This document shows, one piece after another, positions 47,522 through 59,414 of a stretch of 64,000 nucleotides of DNA; within the stretch, counting starts at the first letter, position 1; every line of letters begins with the position of its first letter. The notes below the pieces were generated by a model. The model was not told the origin of the DNA. It ran no database searches and saw nothing but the letters and a program-made list of their open reading frames with translations. The DNA comes from Phoronis australis. Lineage: Eukaryota; Animalia; Phoronida. The translations under genes were made by a program, and so were the position numbers. Location of the stretch: NCBI GenBank assembly GCA_002633005.1, contig NMRA01000344.1, positions 427,316 to 491,315 on the forward strand, written 5' to 3'.

Positions 47522-48525
47522 CATAGGTGGATTTAGGGGGGGATCCAGGGCCCCCCCCTTGGCTGCCGCAAAAAAATAAAACAGTAAGAGCGTACTAGGC
47601 AAATGTTGAGTTTATTAATTAACCCCGGTAATTAAAATTATACGGATGAAAAAAGATTTAAATGTGTGCAGTTTTAGTGTTGGGGGGGCTCAAATCCCGT
47701 TTCAAGTGTCAAACTCGGAACACGGCGCATTCGTAACGGAACTGTGGCTAAGTATAGGCTCTCCCGCGATATCCCAGGCGACCGGCTGTGGCGCAGCGCA
47801 CTACGACTCCGTTTCCGTCGTCTACTCCACTGTGCAATGAAGAAAATTTACATCATTTTTTAACGAAAATGGAACCTGAGTGACGATGAAAAAACAGAAG
47901 CTGCTGGTAAGATGTGAATTTTAATCGAAGCCTTAGTGAATCACTCAGAAACTCGCAATACTGTCTTTGTCAAACCTTATCTTAAGACGATTTCCAAAGC
48001 AATCCCGTCATTTTTGCCAACACGAAAAACGGATTTGGTCTTTTGGGCCTTTGAAGACTATTTTAAATACGACAAATTTGTTAAGAATTGATGGCACAAA
48101 ATATAAAACGTGTAATAAGCATTACGAAAAGAAGTAGGTTTCGCGCGCAAACGCTGTGGACCATAAACAAGTAGGTCTCTTAGTATGAAATTAGTAGTTA
48201 AATCGTGTTGGTGTAGTGGTAACGCACGCGCACTTTATCCGCCAGGTCGTAAGTTCGAGTCTTTGGTACTAGCAGTTTTTTCTGTTTGACACGTTCTCCG
48301 TTCTTTTTGCCTCTTTTTCTTGGATAATACTTCAGGAATCAAGGAAAATGCTTGATTTTTAGAGGTAAAAACAAAAATTTCCTGGGTGGGAGGGGGGGCA
48401 AACCCCCCTCCCAACCTCCCCCCATTCGGTGCTATGCGCATCTACAATCGTGGTTCAGTTTGCGCAAATGCTTACAGTCGGGCAAAATGTTGGGCCCCCC
48501 TTGTGATATCCTAGATCCGCCACTG
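47522..48525 (+). mobile_element. Family X hAT-like element, copy 3
   Basis: CATAGGTGGATTTAGG ... CCTAGATCCGCCACTG; colinear with the reverse complement of 6131..7095; no TSD seen. Confidence 0.85.
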
Positions 48526-48814
48526 GTTTATGCATAGGAGTTTCTATTTCAAGTTTGCCCTTGAAGACCCTTATATTCGTGCTACAAACTCGAGTAAAAC
48601 CTCGAAATTTCGAGTTCAAACTCGAACTTATTGCTTTAGTATTGGGTTTACAAACTGTGAACTAAGGACAATAAATTATCTACGTAAGTTATTGAGTACT
48701 CGAGCATAGAATCATAGACACTTATCTTGAGTTCGCCCAAAAGTAGAGTAGAAAATGGCAAACCTAATTTCGAGTTCCATTTCAAGTAAAAAGATTGGAG
48801 ACCGGGCCCTGAAA

Positions 48815-49658
48815 NNNNNNNNNNNNNNNNNNNNNNNNNNNNNNNNNNNNNNNNNNNNNNNNNNNNNNNNNNNNNNNNNNNNNNNNNNNNNNNNNNNNNN
48901 NNNNNNNNNNNNNNNNNNNNNNNNNNNNNNNNNNNNNNNNNNNNNNNNNNNNNNNNNNNNNNNNNNNNNNNNNNNNNNNNNNNNNNNNNNNNNNNNNNNN
49001 NNNNNNNNNNNNNNNNNNNNNNNNNNNNNNNNNNNNNNNNNNNNNNNNNNNNNNNNNNNNNNNNNNNNNNNNNNNNNNNNNNNNNNNNNNNNNNNNNNNN
49101 NNNNNNNNNNNNNNNNNNNNNNNNNNNNNNNNNNNNNNNNNNNNNNNNNNNNNNNNNNNNNNNNNNNNNNNNNNNNNNNNNNNNNNNNNNNNNNNNNNNN
49201 NNNNNNNNNNNNNNNNNNNNNNNNNNNNNNNNNNNNNNNNNNNNNNNNNNNNNNNNNNNNNNNNNNNNNNNNNNNNNNNNNNNNNNNNNNNNNNNNNNNN
49301 NNNNNNNNNNNNNNNNNNNNNNNNNNNNNNNNNNNNNNNNNNNNNNNNNNNNNNNNNNNNNNNNNNNNNNNNNNNNNNNNNNNNNNNNNNNNNNNNNNNN
49401 NNNNNNNNNNNNNNNNNNNNNNNNNNNNNNNNNNNNNNNNNNNNNNNNNNNNNNNNNNNNNNNNNNNNNNNNNNNNNNNNNNNNNNNNNNNNNNNNNNNN
49501 NNNNNNNNNNNNNNNNNNNNNNNNNNNNNNNNNNNNNNNNNNNNNNNNNNNNNNNNNNNNNNNNNNNNNNNNNNNNNNNNNNNNNNNNNNNNNNNNNNNN
49601 NNNNNNNNNNNNNNNNNNNNNNNNNNNNNNNNNNNNNNNNNNNNNNNNNNNNNNNNNN
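48815..49658. other. Assembly gap
   Basis: N run. Confidence 0.99.
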
Positions 49659-49759
49659 TAAATGATAACTTAAGTGATAAATCAAAAAGAGAAATAATAA
49701 GTAAAGGTTGTGTTAGGGAAACGTAATACAAAAATATGAGTTATTCCTAAACGTCAGAC

Positions 49760-50535
49760 GAAAAGGCAACGATTCGACAGGCTCTGCTGGGTTTTCGAGA
49801 CTGTGTAACCTCTGGAGGATTAGGTCGGAGTTGGGAAAGTCGGCTGGAAACTTGAGCCTGAATCCTATCACGGGTGTGTGACAGACTGAATCTCCAGCCT
49901 CCTGTTCGGACTTCAATTCTTTCATGAATACCCTCATTGACTCCTCATTCAAACCAATAGCCCCCCTTGTCGCTGATTAGTACATTGTCGAAGTCAAAGC
50001 TGTAACCAGATCCCTAACAATGAATAAACACGGCAGAGTCACGTGTCACCGTAGTTAGGAGACGAAGCTGGCACAACCGTGCATTCAAGGACTGCTTAGT
50101 TTCACCAACACAAGTTTCAGGGCACTCTCCACACTGTATTCCATTGACCACATTAGCTATCCTTTCCCTATGTTGTTTGTCCTTAGAGTGCACGAGTTTT
50201 AGTCTCCAAGTACCAACAGGTTTGAAAGAGGTGGCAATAACAAACTCCCGATGGCAATTGTTCAGAAAGTCTATTCCACATATGAAATATATATCCTTGC
50301 CCATGGTTGATCTGGTTGAGGAACGTCAATGTTGTTAATTCCCAATCTTGGTGTTCTACGGGTAGCCTCGCCAAAGACCAAACGTGGGTATCCGCACATT
50401 TCCAAAGAGTTACGAAGTCTGTGTTTTCCTAATGTCCTGTCATTGTCGTCAGAGACAGTCAGGTCCGCACGGTGATACAAGAGACGAATTACACCAAGTT
50501 TGTACGAAATGGGATGTTGAAAGCCGAACTGTAAA
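49760..50535 (-). mobile_element. Penelope-like relic, C-terminal RT plus GIY-YIG part
   Basis: HPISYKLGVIRLL, CGYP, YISYVE, SFKPVGT, GIQCGECPETCVGETKQSLNARL. Confidence 0.8.
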
Positions 50536-50990
50536 TTGTGAGACTCTAGAGATAGATTTATCAAGATATCCAGGTATGGGCAGGCAGAAGTGGAATCCCC
50601 AGGTGGTTAACAAAGCAGATAGCCGTGTCCAGAATAAAGACATAGTTGGTACAGTCTCTTATGGTTGACAAGGTGTGAGTTTTTTACCATCCACTAGACG
50701 TAAGGCGACAAACGGGATGGAGAGAGATATGGTGGTAGTATTTGTGGGATTAACTTTGTACTGGGAAATAAGGATACGGAAAGCCCAGGAGAGGAAAGCT
50801 TTCAAGAGCAGCGATCTGAGCCATGAGTTTTCAAGAAGTGGATGGAGCTGCTTCTGTTTAACAGTTGAGGCAGAATGGTAAGGTGGATTATGTCAAGGAT
50901 GCTGAAAATTTCAACTAATCCAAGGAAGCCTATGATGAAGTCAGTAGTAGCCGAAACGGAATCAGCATCATCATGGTTGTGGTTGCAGAA
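50536..50990 (+). mobile_element. Hero/R2-type (RLE) non-LTR fragment
   Basis: KWNPQVVNKADSRVQNKDIVGTV and WEIRIRKAQERK...GWSCFCLTVE, resembling the post-RT and RLE regions; similar to 52640..52812. Confidence 0.6.
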
Positions 50991-51339
50991 GACCAAACAC
51001 TGGCAAACTCCCCGATAAACCGGAGCCTGGTCAACTTTGGGTGTGGTTCTAGCCTTGGTGCGCGTTCATGTTAAACACGTTGCAAAGACGTCATCATGTT
51101 GATGATTGACGGGGGAGCAGAGAAACAACATCTGTTTAAAGTTAGTTTAACGATTGGAGAAGTCCAGTAACTTCTGGGAAAGGCCAGAGGACAACTCGGG
51201 GAGACGAGTGACACTTGGAGGGGCGAATGATGTCAGGGAAAGACTGACGGGCTGGAAGTGTTAGCAGCCCAATACCGAGTTCTCCATGGGAAAACAAATT
51301 ATTCTTTGCTATGAGTTACAAACCCGAGGATTCTCCAAG

Positions 51340-52812
51340 TGGCAGAACTGAAGATGAACCAAGAAACAAGTGGGCGGTTATCACACAGTGAAGTCGAACT
51401 AGAAGATCATCTGGTGGAGATTCATAGCGACGCGAATCTAGAGTTCAATTGGATGGATGGGGAAATTCCAACTGAACTTCAGTTCGACGTTGGACATAAT
51501 AAGTTCTTTAAGGTAAAGAGTGTCGTCATGGAGGCCAAAGCCGATTCCGTCTGAGTCTAGTTACATCGTATACAAGAAGTGCCCGGGGCTATTAAGACTA
51601 TTATGGAAGCTAATGAGAGGAGTCTAAAGATTGAAGCCACTTGCTGATCACTGGGGCGAGGGTAAGGGTTGTTACACTCCAAAGAGCAAAGATGCAAAGC
51701 TATAAAAGACTACATGTGCATGTACAGGACAATTTCCCTGCTTGATGTGGAGTACAAAATGTTCTTCGCAGTGATTGTATAAAAGTGTCAAGTACGCCCC
51801 GGGGGACGGATAAATTGACCATGCAGTACATACAGTACCAGGACAGTCGAGTTGCCTGTTCTAACAGATCTTATCGGTAATACAAAGGCAATCGTGTAGG
51901 ACTAGGGCAGCTGCGTGCTTAGATTTAGAGAGTGCTTATGGTTCCATGTAACATTCAATGAGCAGAAAGGCAAAAGCGACATTTCATTTTCTAGAATGAG
52001 TTCAGAAGGTCATCAACGACTATTTAAACAGTACACAGATGCAATTTTCTACGATGGATTTTGCAACAGATTTCAAGCCTTTGGAGAAAGGATCTTGACC
52101 GGGTGCCGCGTTTCAGTCAGTTTATTTGTTCTTGAGATGAACATCATTATTCGGCGAGCCAGCAACGTCTGCAAGGCTGACTCCTTCCCTTGTGCCGTGC
52201 ATTTGTTGATGACCTAACAGTAACCACATGAACAGTGGTAGGAGCAGGACGGGTGTTGAAGAAACTAGAAGAGATAATTGTTTGGGGCAGGATGAAGTTC
52301 AAGGTGCAGAAGCCAAGAAGTCTGGTTTTGATTAAAGGGAGAATGCGCCAGCACCAACCCTGGGTGAGAAGTTAGTGAAATATCGGGGCAAGGTGTACTA
52401 AAGCAGCCTAAACGACTTCACAAATGCAACGGACACAGTGACCCCGTTCAGGGAGAGCTTGTAAAAGATAAACAGTCGACTACATGGAACAGGAGGCAAA
52501 CCAGCTTATCAGGAAATGGTTGGAGGCACCAATGAGTTTCACGTCACTTGGATTATATAGTAGGACGACAGTATACCTTCCGCCAAGGTCTCTGGTTGAA
52601 GACTTCAAGGTGTCAAAAGCAAGAGAAGTTCTCACAATCTGAGATTCCAAAGACAAATTTGTTAGGTTATCAGAGATTCAGGTATCATCAGCAAGCAGAA
52701 AATGGAATCCTCAAGTGGTGTTAACAGGGCAGAGAGCAGCCTCCGGCATAAGGGCATAGCTGATACAGTCTGTTGTGGTTGGCAAGGTGTGGGTTTTGTA
52801 CCATCCACTAGA
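51340..52812 (+). mobile_element. Hero/R2-type non-LTR RT relic
   Basis: YRTISLLDVEYKMFFAV, LDLESAYGS, ILTGCRVSVSLFVLEMN, AFVDDLTV, WGRMKFKVQKPRSLVLIKG. Confidence 0.75.
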
Positions 52813-52860
52813 CTTTTTCACTTATCTGCTCTACTAGTCTTAAGACTTAGATCTTCCTTG

Positions 52861-55800
52861 CAGTCAGGTTCACTATGTCCAAATTTTGACATTCATTGGA
52901 ATTTTCTGGGGGAAGTGGAAACATTTTTGGAAAACTCATGGAATGACGAATCAGAAAGTAATTGACTCTATTTTTGGTGGCCATTTTGCTCAATGTCTCA
53001 GTACTTGGGTCACTTAGAATGTTATTTTCTATGGATACACCAGCATTTCTTGGGGCGCAGAATTGAACATTCTAATTTTTGGCGGCCGTCTTGATTTTTC
53101 AAAAATGGCACCCGTAAAATACATTTTGCTCATTATCTCTGCTCTTGGTTTTTTAATGTTTATTATGAAATCTTCAGTACTATAAATATGCATGCCCAGA
53201 AAGCGCCACGAGGAATTGTATATGGGTTAAATAAATACACAGAAAAGCATATACAGTTATTATACACAAATATATAATTAAAAAAATAATGTTAAGATTA
53301 CAATGACATATGTAAATAAATCATTTTTATACATAATAAATTATTTCACATGTATACAATTTTATCGGGTCTCCTACAATGTTAGTTTTAATGGCTCTAC
53401 CCCATTAGTGGGGCAAGGAATTGAAAAAACAATCCATCTTTAACCATCACGGAAGCAAAGTACCTCACTGTCACACCGTACCACATACGTAGGGTCCGTA
53501 GCGACAATCCAAAACCACAAGCAAGCAAAAGAACACATGAATTTGTAGCCAAGAGGGAATATCTGGCACATATCAGCCGACACACCTTGTATGGCTAGTA
53601 ACGTTGGCAGAAACCAGGCTAAGGAATGAAGAGAACAAGAAGATCACATACTGGACAGGCTTCAACTCACTGATCTGTACAAGCCAGTCTCTCACTGAGT
53701 TTGATGCGTTACCACTACTTCCAGAGATGGCCCATGACTGGTCGATCCTGCTAATAGTTGTTATGCAGACGAGACAGTTGAAGAGGCTGGTTGCTGGCGA
53801 AGCTCATCCAACTGTCATTTCATGTGACATGGGTCTGCACCAGAGGGTTGTGCAGCTCGTGGATGCCAGACCTGAACTAAAGCAAACAGTGAACCCAAGA
53901 TTTGGGGATTTGCATGCTAGAATGGCGACACAGATAGCTCTTGGGAAGTTCATAGGGTATTCCAACATAGATAATGCCTGGGTAGAAGCCAACGTCTTTG
54001 GCACTGCAACAAATAGACAGATCCTAAAGTACACTCCCTAGAAGCGCGCACTTTCCGAGTCGAAATTTACATGCAATCATATACAGCACTGTTTGAGATA
54101 GTCCTGGAGGAATTCTTTAAAGGAAACCCAGTTAGAGGCCTTTTGATGTGAGGCTCTAAATTCAGCACCAACAGCCTGTTCAGAAAAGAGCAAAACCAGA
54201 AAGGCCGAAAGCACAAAGCAAACTACCCACTGTTTGCTGGAATTGTTGACAATTGCCGAGACACTTGAAACATTCAGAGAACGGGACAGCCAAATGACCA
54301 GCCAATGCCATGTTTAAGCCCATTGTGAGATATCTGCATCGAGTCCAAACCATCATGGTATTTGTGGCAATATCTCGAAATGCTGATTTGACTCTGCATC
54401 TCCAGGCTGTTGATGCAAGGATCGAAATTTTCTTTGCTTTTGCTCGCATCAAGTACAAAAGACTCCGGCCTACATACATTGATGATATGCAAGACCTAAT
54501 AACCAAACACTACATGTGGACTGAAATTGGAACAGGCATCTCATTCAGCAAAACCGAAATCCCATTTGTGTCATTTGGTGCAGATCAAGCTTGTGAACAC
54601 CTCGAGAGGATGGTGAAGGCCAATTCTGTACTGAACGGTATTTCCAGCAATGCCAATGAGATTCTTCATATATGTCTACAGACTCTTCCAATTAGTCAAG
54701 ATTTACAATAAGCAACAGGCGTCCTCTACGCTTTGACGAAAACAACCACGAAGAAGCAGATGCGTTGGTAATACATCATGCAGTGCGGGCATCCCATCAA
54801 AACGTCCCTGATTCTCATCTGGTACTTTTTTCATTTGACACAGATGTTCTGGTACTCGTCATTGCTTAGTATGACCGGCTTCTTAGAAATACTTCAGACT
54901 CAACGGCATGTGGGATTGTGGACATAAATCCAATATGGACAGCACTAGGTCTGCCCAGACAAACCCTCTTCCGGCTTCCCATGCTTTTACAGGGGCAGAC
55001 AACACTGGTCGGTTCTCCAGGATAGGCAAAACAACATGGTTTAATATATAGTTGGAGGCTGACAGTGATGTTGTCATTGCATTGCATACTCTTTGTACTG
55101 CTTCTTGTTCAAATAGCCTTTACATGTGCTGCATAATCACCACAGGGTAATGACATAGATAGTATCCCCGAGCTGACATTGTACCTCTTCTGCAAACATA
55201 CGGCTTACAGCGACAAACTTTCACCACCAATTGGGGCTTTAAACAGCGTGTGCTGAGGATGTTTATTCAAGCCAGAGTGTGGGGACCGGTAGCCATTGAT
55301 CGACAGAAGTTCCTTGACCGTTGCAGAGAATGGGTTTTACAAGGACAAAGACGACCAACTGACACATCTCACAACTTAGGAGGCTCTGGCGCCAGGTGCT
55401 TTCATTTAGATGGTTAGATGTCAATGCAAAAGATCACATTCCTCCCAACGATGCTCTCGTCGATCAAAGGGCCTACCTTGCACACATCTATGTCAGTGTT
55501 GTCCAGAATGTCAGAATGTTAAACTCTTATAATGCCGTCATCCCTGGTGCCAACGATGACAGAGATGGCGACAGGGATGATCTGTAGACTGACTTCAAAG
55601 TTTTGAAAGACTACTGACACTACAATAAAGATACTCTCATGTTCTGCAAACGTAAATATGTTGTATAGGTAGTGGTTGAATTTAAGTGTGTTGAAGGAAA
55701 CAAATCGGAACGAAATATGCGCAAGTAGTAAGACCACATTTTTAAGTCTGGCATGATAGTGTGCATATGTGTTGGAATACATGATGAAGGCATTTTAAAA

Positions 55801-56087
55801 TGTGGCTGCTAATAAACAGGTTCTTGATTACGTTTTACATTTAATAAGTTGCATTTTTGGATTCCTTGCCTACAAAAATGTGGGTGCTGCCATTAAAACT
55901 AACATTCTAAGTGACCCAAGAGCAGAGATACTGAACAAACTGTATGTTACCGGTGCGATTTTTAAAAGTCCAAGATGGCTGCCAAGATGGCCGCCAAAAA
56001 GGCATCACTTATTTTCTGATTTTTTATTCCATGAGGTTTCCACTTTCCACCAAAAAACTCAACAAAATTACACAACAAACCTGACTA
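52861..56087 (+). mobile_element. Academ-type DNA transposon relic (transposase, XPG/FEN1-like and Cys-rich remnants)
   Basis: Long imperfect TIRs (CAGTCAGGTT... / ...AACCTGACTA); PTVISCDMGLH, RFGDLH, GADQACEH, NHEEAD, DTDVLVL, HAFTGADNTGRFSRIGK, CQCK...C...LPCTHLCQC..C.N. Confidence 0.8.
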
Positions 56088-56094
56088 TTAACTG

Positions 56095-56330
56095 ACAGTA
56101 AGCAATCAAAGAACGCGTTCACACCGATTGCTTTTCAGACTGTTCAGTGATCCCAAAAGTGTTATCAACGTATCTCAACCAAACTCTTGATTTCACTTTA
56201 GAATAAGTGCAAGTTGACGACAATAGGGGATACGGTGGATTCCACGACGCATATATTTGTTGATCAAATGAAAAATATAGTGCCTTGAAAAATCTTCAGA
56301 AGATCACTTACATCCGTAGCAGATAAACTC
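56095..56330 (-). mobile_element. Penelope-like RT fragment (probable upstream continuation of 49760..50535)
   Basis: Minus-strand RVWLRYVDNTF preceded by a decayed GSPVSPIV-like motif. Confidence 0.6.
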
Positions 56331-56344
56331 GTCCTTGGCCACAG

Positions 56345-58800
56345 TTGGTGGTCACTGCAGAGGCGTTCATGAATCACTGCAACAGTAACCCGGTAACACA
56401 CCATGTTGCCAAGTTCGTTGCTGACATTTTGTCTCCGCTAGTCGGCCAATCAGTCCATCACAATGTTAACATTCAGAATCTTGAGGAAAAGGTGAGCGAT
56501 AGTTTTCTCGAGGAAGACGCGCTTTTCACATCCTATGACGTTTTTTCTTGTATGTATACCCACCTGCTGCAAGGATTCCTGAACGCCTCTGTAATGACCA
56601 ACGGCTGTCCTCAAGGACGGGAGACACTTGCCGGTACACCGAAGTACAGAACCAAAACAATATGTACCGATGGCCGGTCGGCGCATCGACCCATGAGTGA
56701 CACTCAGGTGCCATGCCAAAGCGCTTATTATTAATCTTAAGATTTTTAACAATACATATCTATTTGTGTATGGAATCCTACGTAACAATTAAATAAGATG
56801 GACAACGTAGTTTTTGAACCCTTTTATATGACGGTAAACAACACATATTTCCACTGTTCCCTGCAGGACCCAGGCAACAAAATCTGATACAGTGTAATGA
56901 TTTTGCTCATTTTTCACATACCTCTAGACAGGATAACAATTTCAAAACATTCAATCATGAAACTAATCACTGCTGTGACCACGGCTATAATTTGTGCGGA
57001 ACAAAAATTGAACAAATTTTTAAAACAACCTTAAAATCATTTACTTGCAGGCAAAATTGTAGAATTTTGTATAAAAAACTTTTTTTCACACTTTACATGT
57101 GTGCACGCAGGGGGGGGGGGGCGAAGTGGACAAAAAGGTGCTCCTCAGAGTAGAAAACGAGACAAAAAACCACTAAAAATTAGGAGCAACCAGAATTGGG
57201 CGAATGCACAATTCATAGCTCTGAACGTACCCCGTGAATCTTAGTGAAATGTACATATTATACAAAATTTGAGCCCTCCATTGTTTAGGCTGGGTGCGCC
57301 CACGCTCTGAAATTATTCATAAGATCATCCCGGACGGGAAAATGGACAAAAGAATGTTTCTTACCGATAGTGATCTAGTCTTCCTCAACAGTGCAAATTC
57401 CATTGCAAGACAAGCCCGCGATCATTACACTTCAAACACCATTGTACGTGCATAAATTTTCGGAGCACAAGAGACACGGGAAAAATTTCGAAAAATCTAT
57501 GAAATTGGCAACTTCTCAATAATCCCGGTCGTCCTTACGCTAGTCGCAAATTCTATGGCTAAATGAATTTTCCCGCAAATTTGACTTAAAATGAGCTGGG
57601 TACTTACAGGCGATCGTTAACATAGCCTGAACGGTGCAAACTTCAAACTTCAAGACACGAGAATTTTTTTTTTCACCAATGACACTGATACTTAGCAGTA
57701 ACTAGTGGCGGAAGTGAGGAGCCATGGGTGTCAAGTTCCCCTCCCCTAAAATTCTCCCTCCCAGATTCCATTTGGAAGTCCGGGTGCGAATGACTGATGG
57801 GCAAAATCCTGGCTAATACTCTGCCCTGCCCNAAGACTTTTAGCAAATTGTGCAGTTATCTCCCGTGACTTCTAATTTACTGATAATAGTTCATTCCTGT
57901 GTATTTCTTATGGAGGGCTGCAGACAAAATTAGCGCATGCGCAGTAGCACGTTACAAATTTTTGGCCAAGGAAAAGAGAGCGCTCAACACCAATGCTGGA
58001 GTAAAACCAAGGGTTTGGTTGAGAGACGTTGACGATACTTTTAAGATTATTAAATAGTCTGAAAAGCAAAATCTTTCTCTCGTTAAACAACATAAACGTA
58101 TATATGAGAAACACAAGATTCGTGATTCCCTGGAAAGGCACAGGTACCCACGTTGGGTCTTTAGCAAGGCTACCCGTAGAACACTCAGATTGGAAATCAA
58201 CAACATTGACGCTATTCAACCACATCAACCATTGGCCAGGATACATTTTCCTTATGTAGAAAGAGTTTCTGAACAACTACTACCTGTGTTCAGGACATTT
58301 GTTATCACCACGTCTTTCAAACCTGTTGGCACTTTGAGACAAGAACTCGTGAGCCCTACGGACAAACAATCTACGGAAAAGATAGCTGGTGTGGTCTGTG
58401 GAACACAGTGTGAAAAGTGCCCTGAAACCTATGTAGGTAAAACTAAGCAGTCCAAGAAAATACGGTTGTCCCAACATCGTCGGCCTAGCTCCGGTAACAC
58501 TTATGACTCTTATGCCGTGTGTACCCACTGTCAGACGTCCAGCCACAGCTTCGACCTTGGCAATGTACTAATCATTGACAAGGAGAAAAATTGGTCTGAA
58601 CAGGGAGTCAAAGAGTATAAACACGAAAGAATTAAAAATCCGTCAAGGAAGCGAGCTTCAACTTACCAAACACCTGAGACATGATTCTGACTAAAGTTTC
58701 CCGCCGATTTTCTGAACTCTGCCCGGAATCCACCAGAGGTTGCACTGGCTTGAAAAAGCCAGTGTGGCTGAAGAAAGTTGCATATTTATCTAAGTAAGAC
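56345..58800 (+). mobile_element. Penelope-like relic split by later insertions
   Basis: VAKFVADILSPLVG...SYDV (about 56400-56545), PRVWLRDVDDTF (about 58005), FPYVERVSEQL...SFKP...CEKCPETYVGKTKQ...RLSQH (58190..58684). Confidence 0.8.
57096..57304. mobile_element. Family Y-related MITE (decayed)
   Basis: CATGTGTGCACGCAGG ... GGCTGGGTGCGCCCACG. Confidence 0.5.
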
Positions 58801-58849
58801 CTATGTTGCATGCTAACATTCCTTTTGATGTGGACGCTACTGATGAGAT

Positions 58850-59414
58850 TTAGCGATGTTCCACAGATTTCAAAAGAGTAGCTGGGACTGTTGTAGGTCC
58901 AGATCCGGATGCAACAGGAAGCGAAAGGATGCTGACTTCCGAATCACTGCTAGTCAAGTGCGCAGGTTTCACGTAAATCGCTGATGTTTTCTTGTCACGG
59001 AGTCCAGGGGAGGAGGTGGTAGATCTTTCGCTTGGACATGACTGGGCTTCCTCAGGAGATGAGGGGTTGGTGTTGAATCCCCATGCGCGTGGATTGAATT
59101 GCGTGTCACTGAGTGAACCGTGGATCCAAGTCGGACATGTTGTGGTGTCTGTGAACGATTCCCTCAGTTCAGCTTCAAGCCCTTTCCTGAACTCCATCTC
59201 CGATTTTGACAGTGTTGGCTCTACGGAATTGCTGCTTGGCAGCTTGTCGTCGGACGGCTTCTCGGAGTGGGCATCTGACTGGCTAGTACAAGCGACGTAC
59301 AACACTGTGGAACTAGAAGCGGCGCTGTCATTAAAGCACAGCTTTGATAGTAAGACTGGGTCAATTCTGACGCTGTCAGTCTGCGTGCTCTTAACGCCTG
59401 TTGATGGTACTCCA
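58850..59414 (-). CDS. Gene C terminal coding exon (Ser/Pro/Thr-rich)
   Basis: tttcgtttcAG acceptor at 59416-59415; frame stays open for 36 codons upstream of the listed ORF start and through to the stop at 58850. Confidence 0.7.

Noticed and set aside
48204-48282. tRNA gene (and copies near 6350 and 19495)
   Set aside because: A and B boxes are present but I cannot fold a cloverleaf, and it sits inside a repeat; reported only as a tRNA-like cassette.
48648-49731. Long ORFs of 323-345 aa, and those at 9346..9775
   Set aside because: Artefacts of translating N runs.
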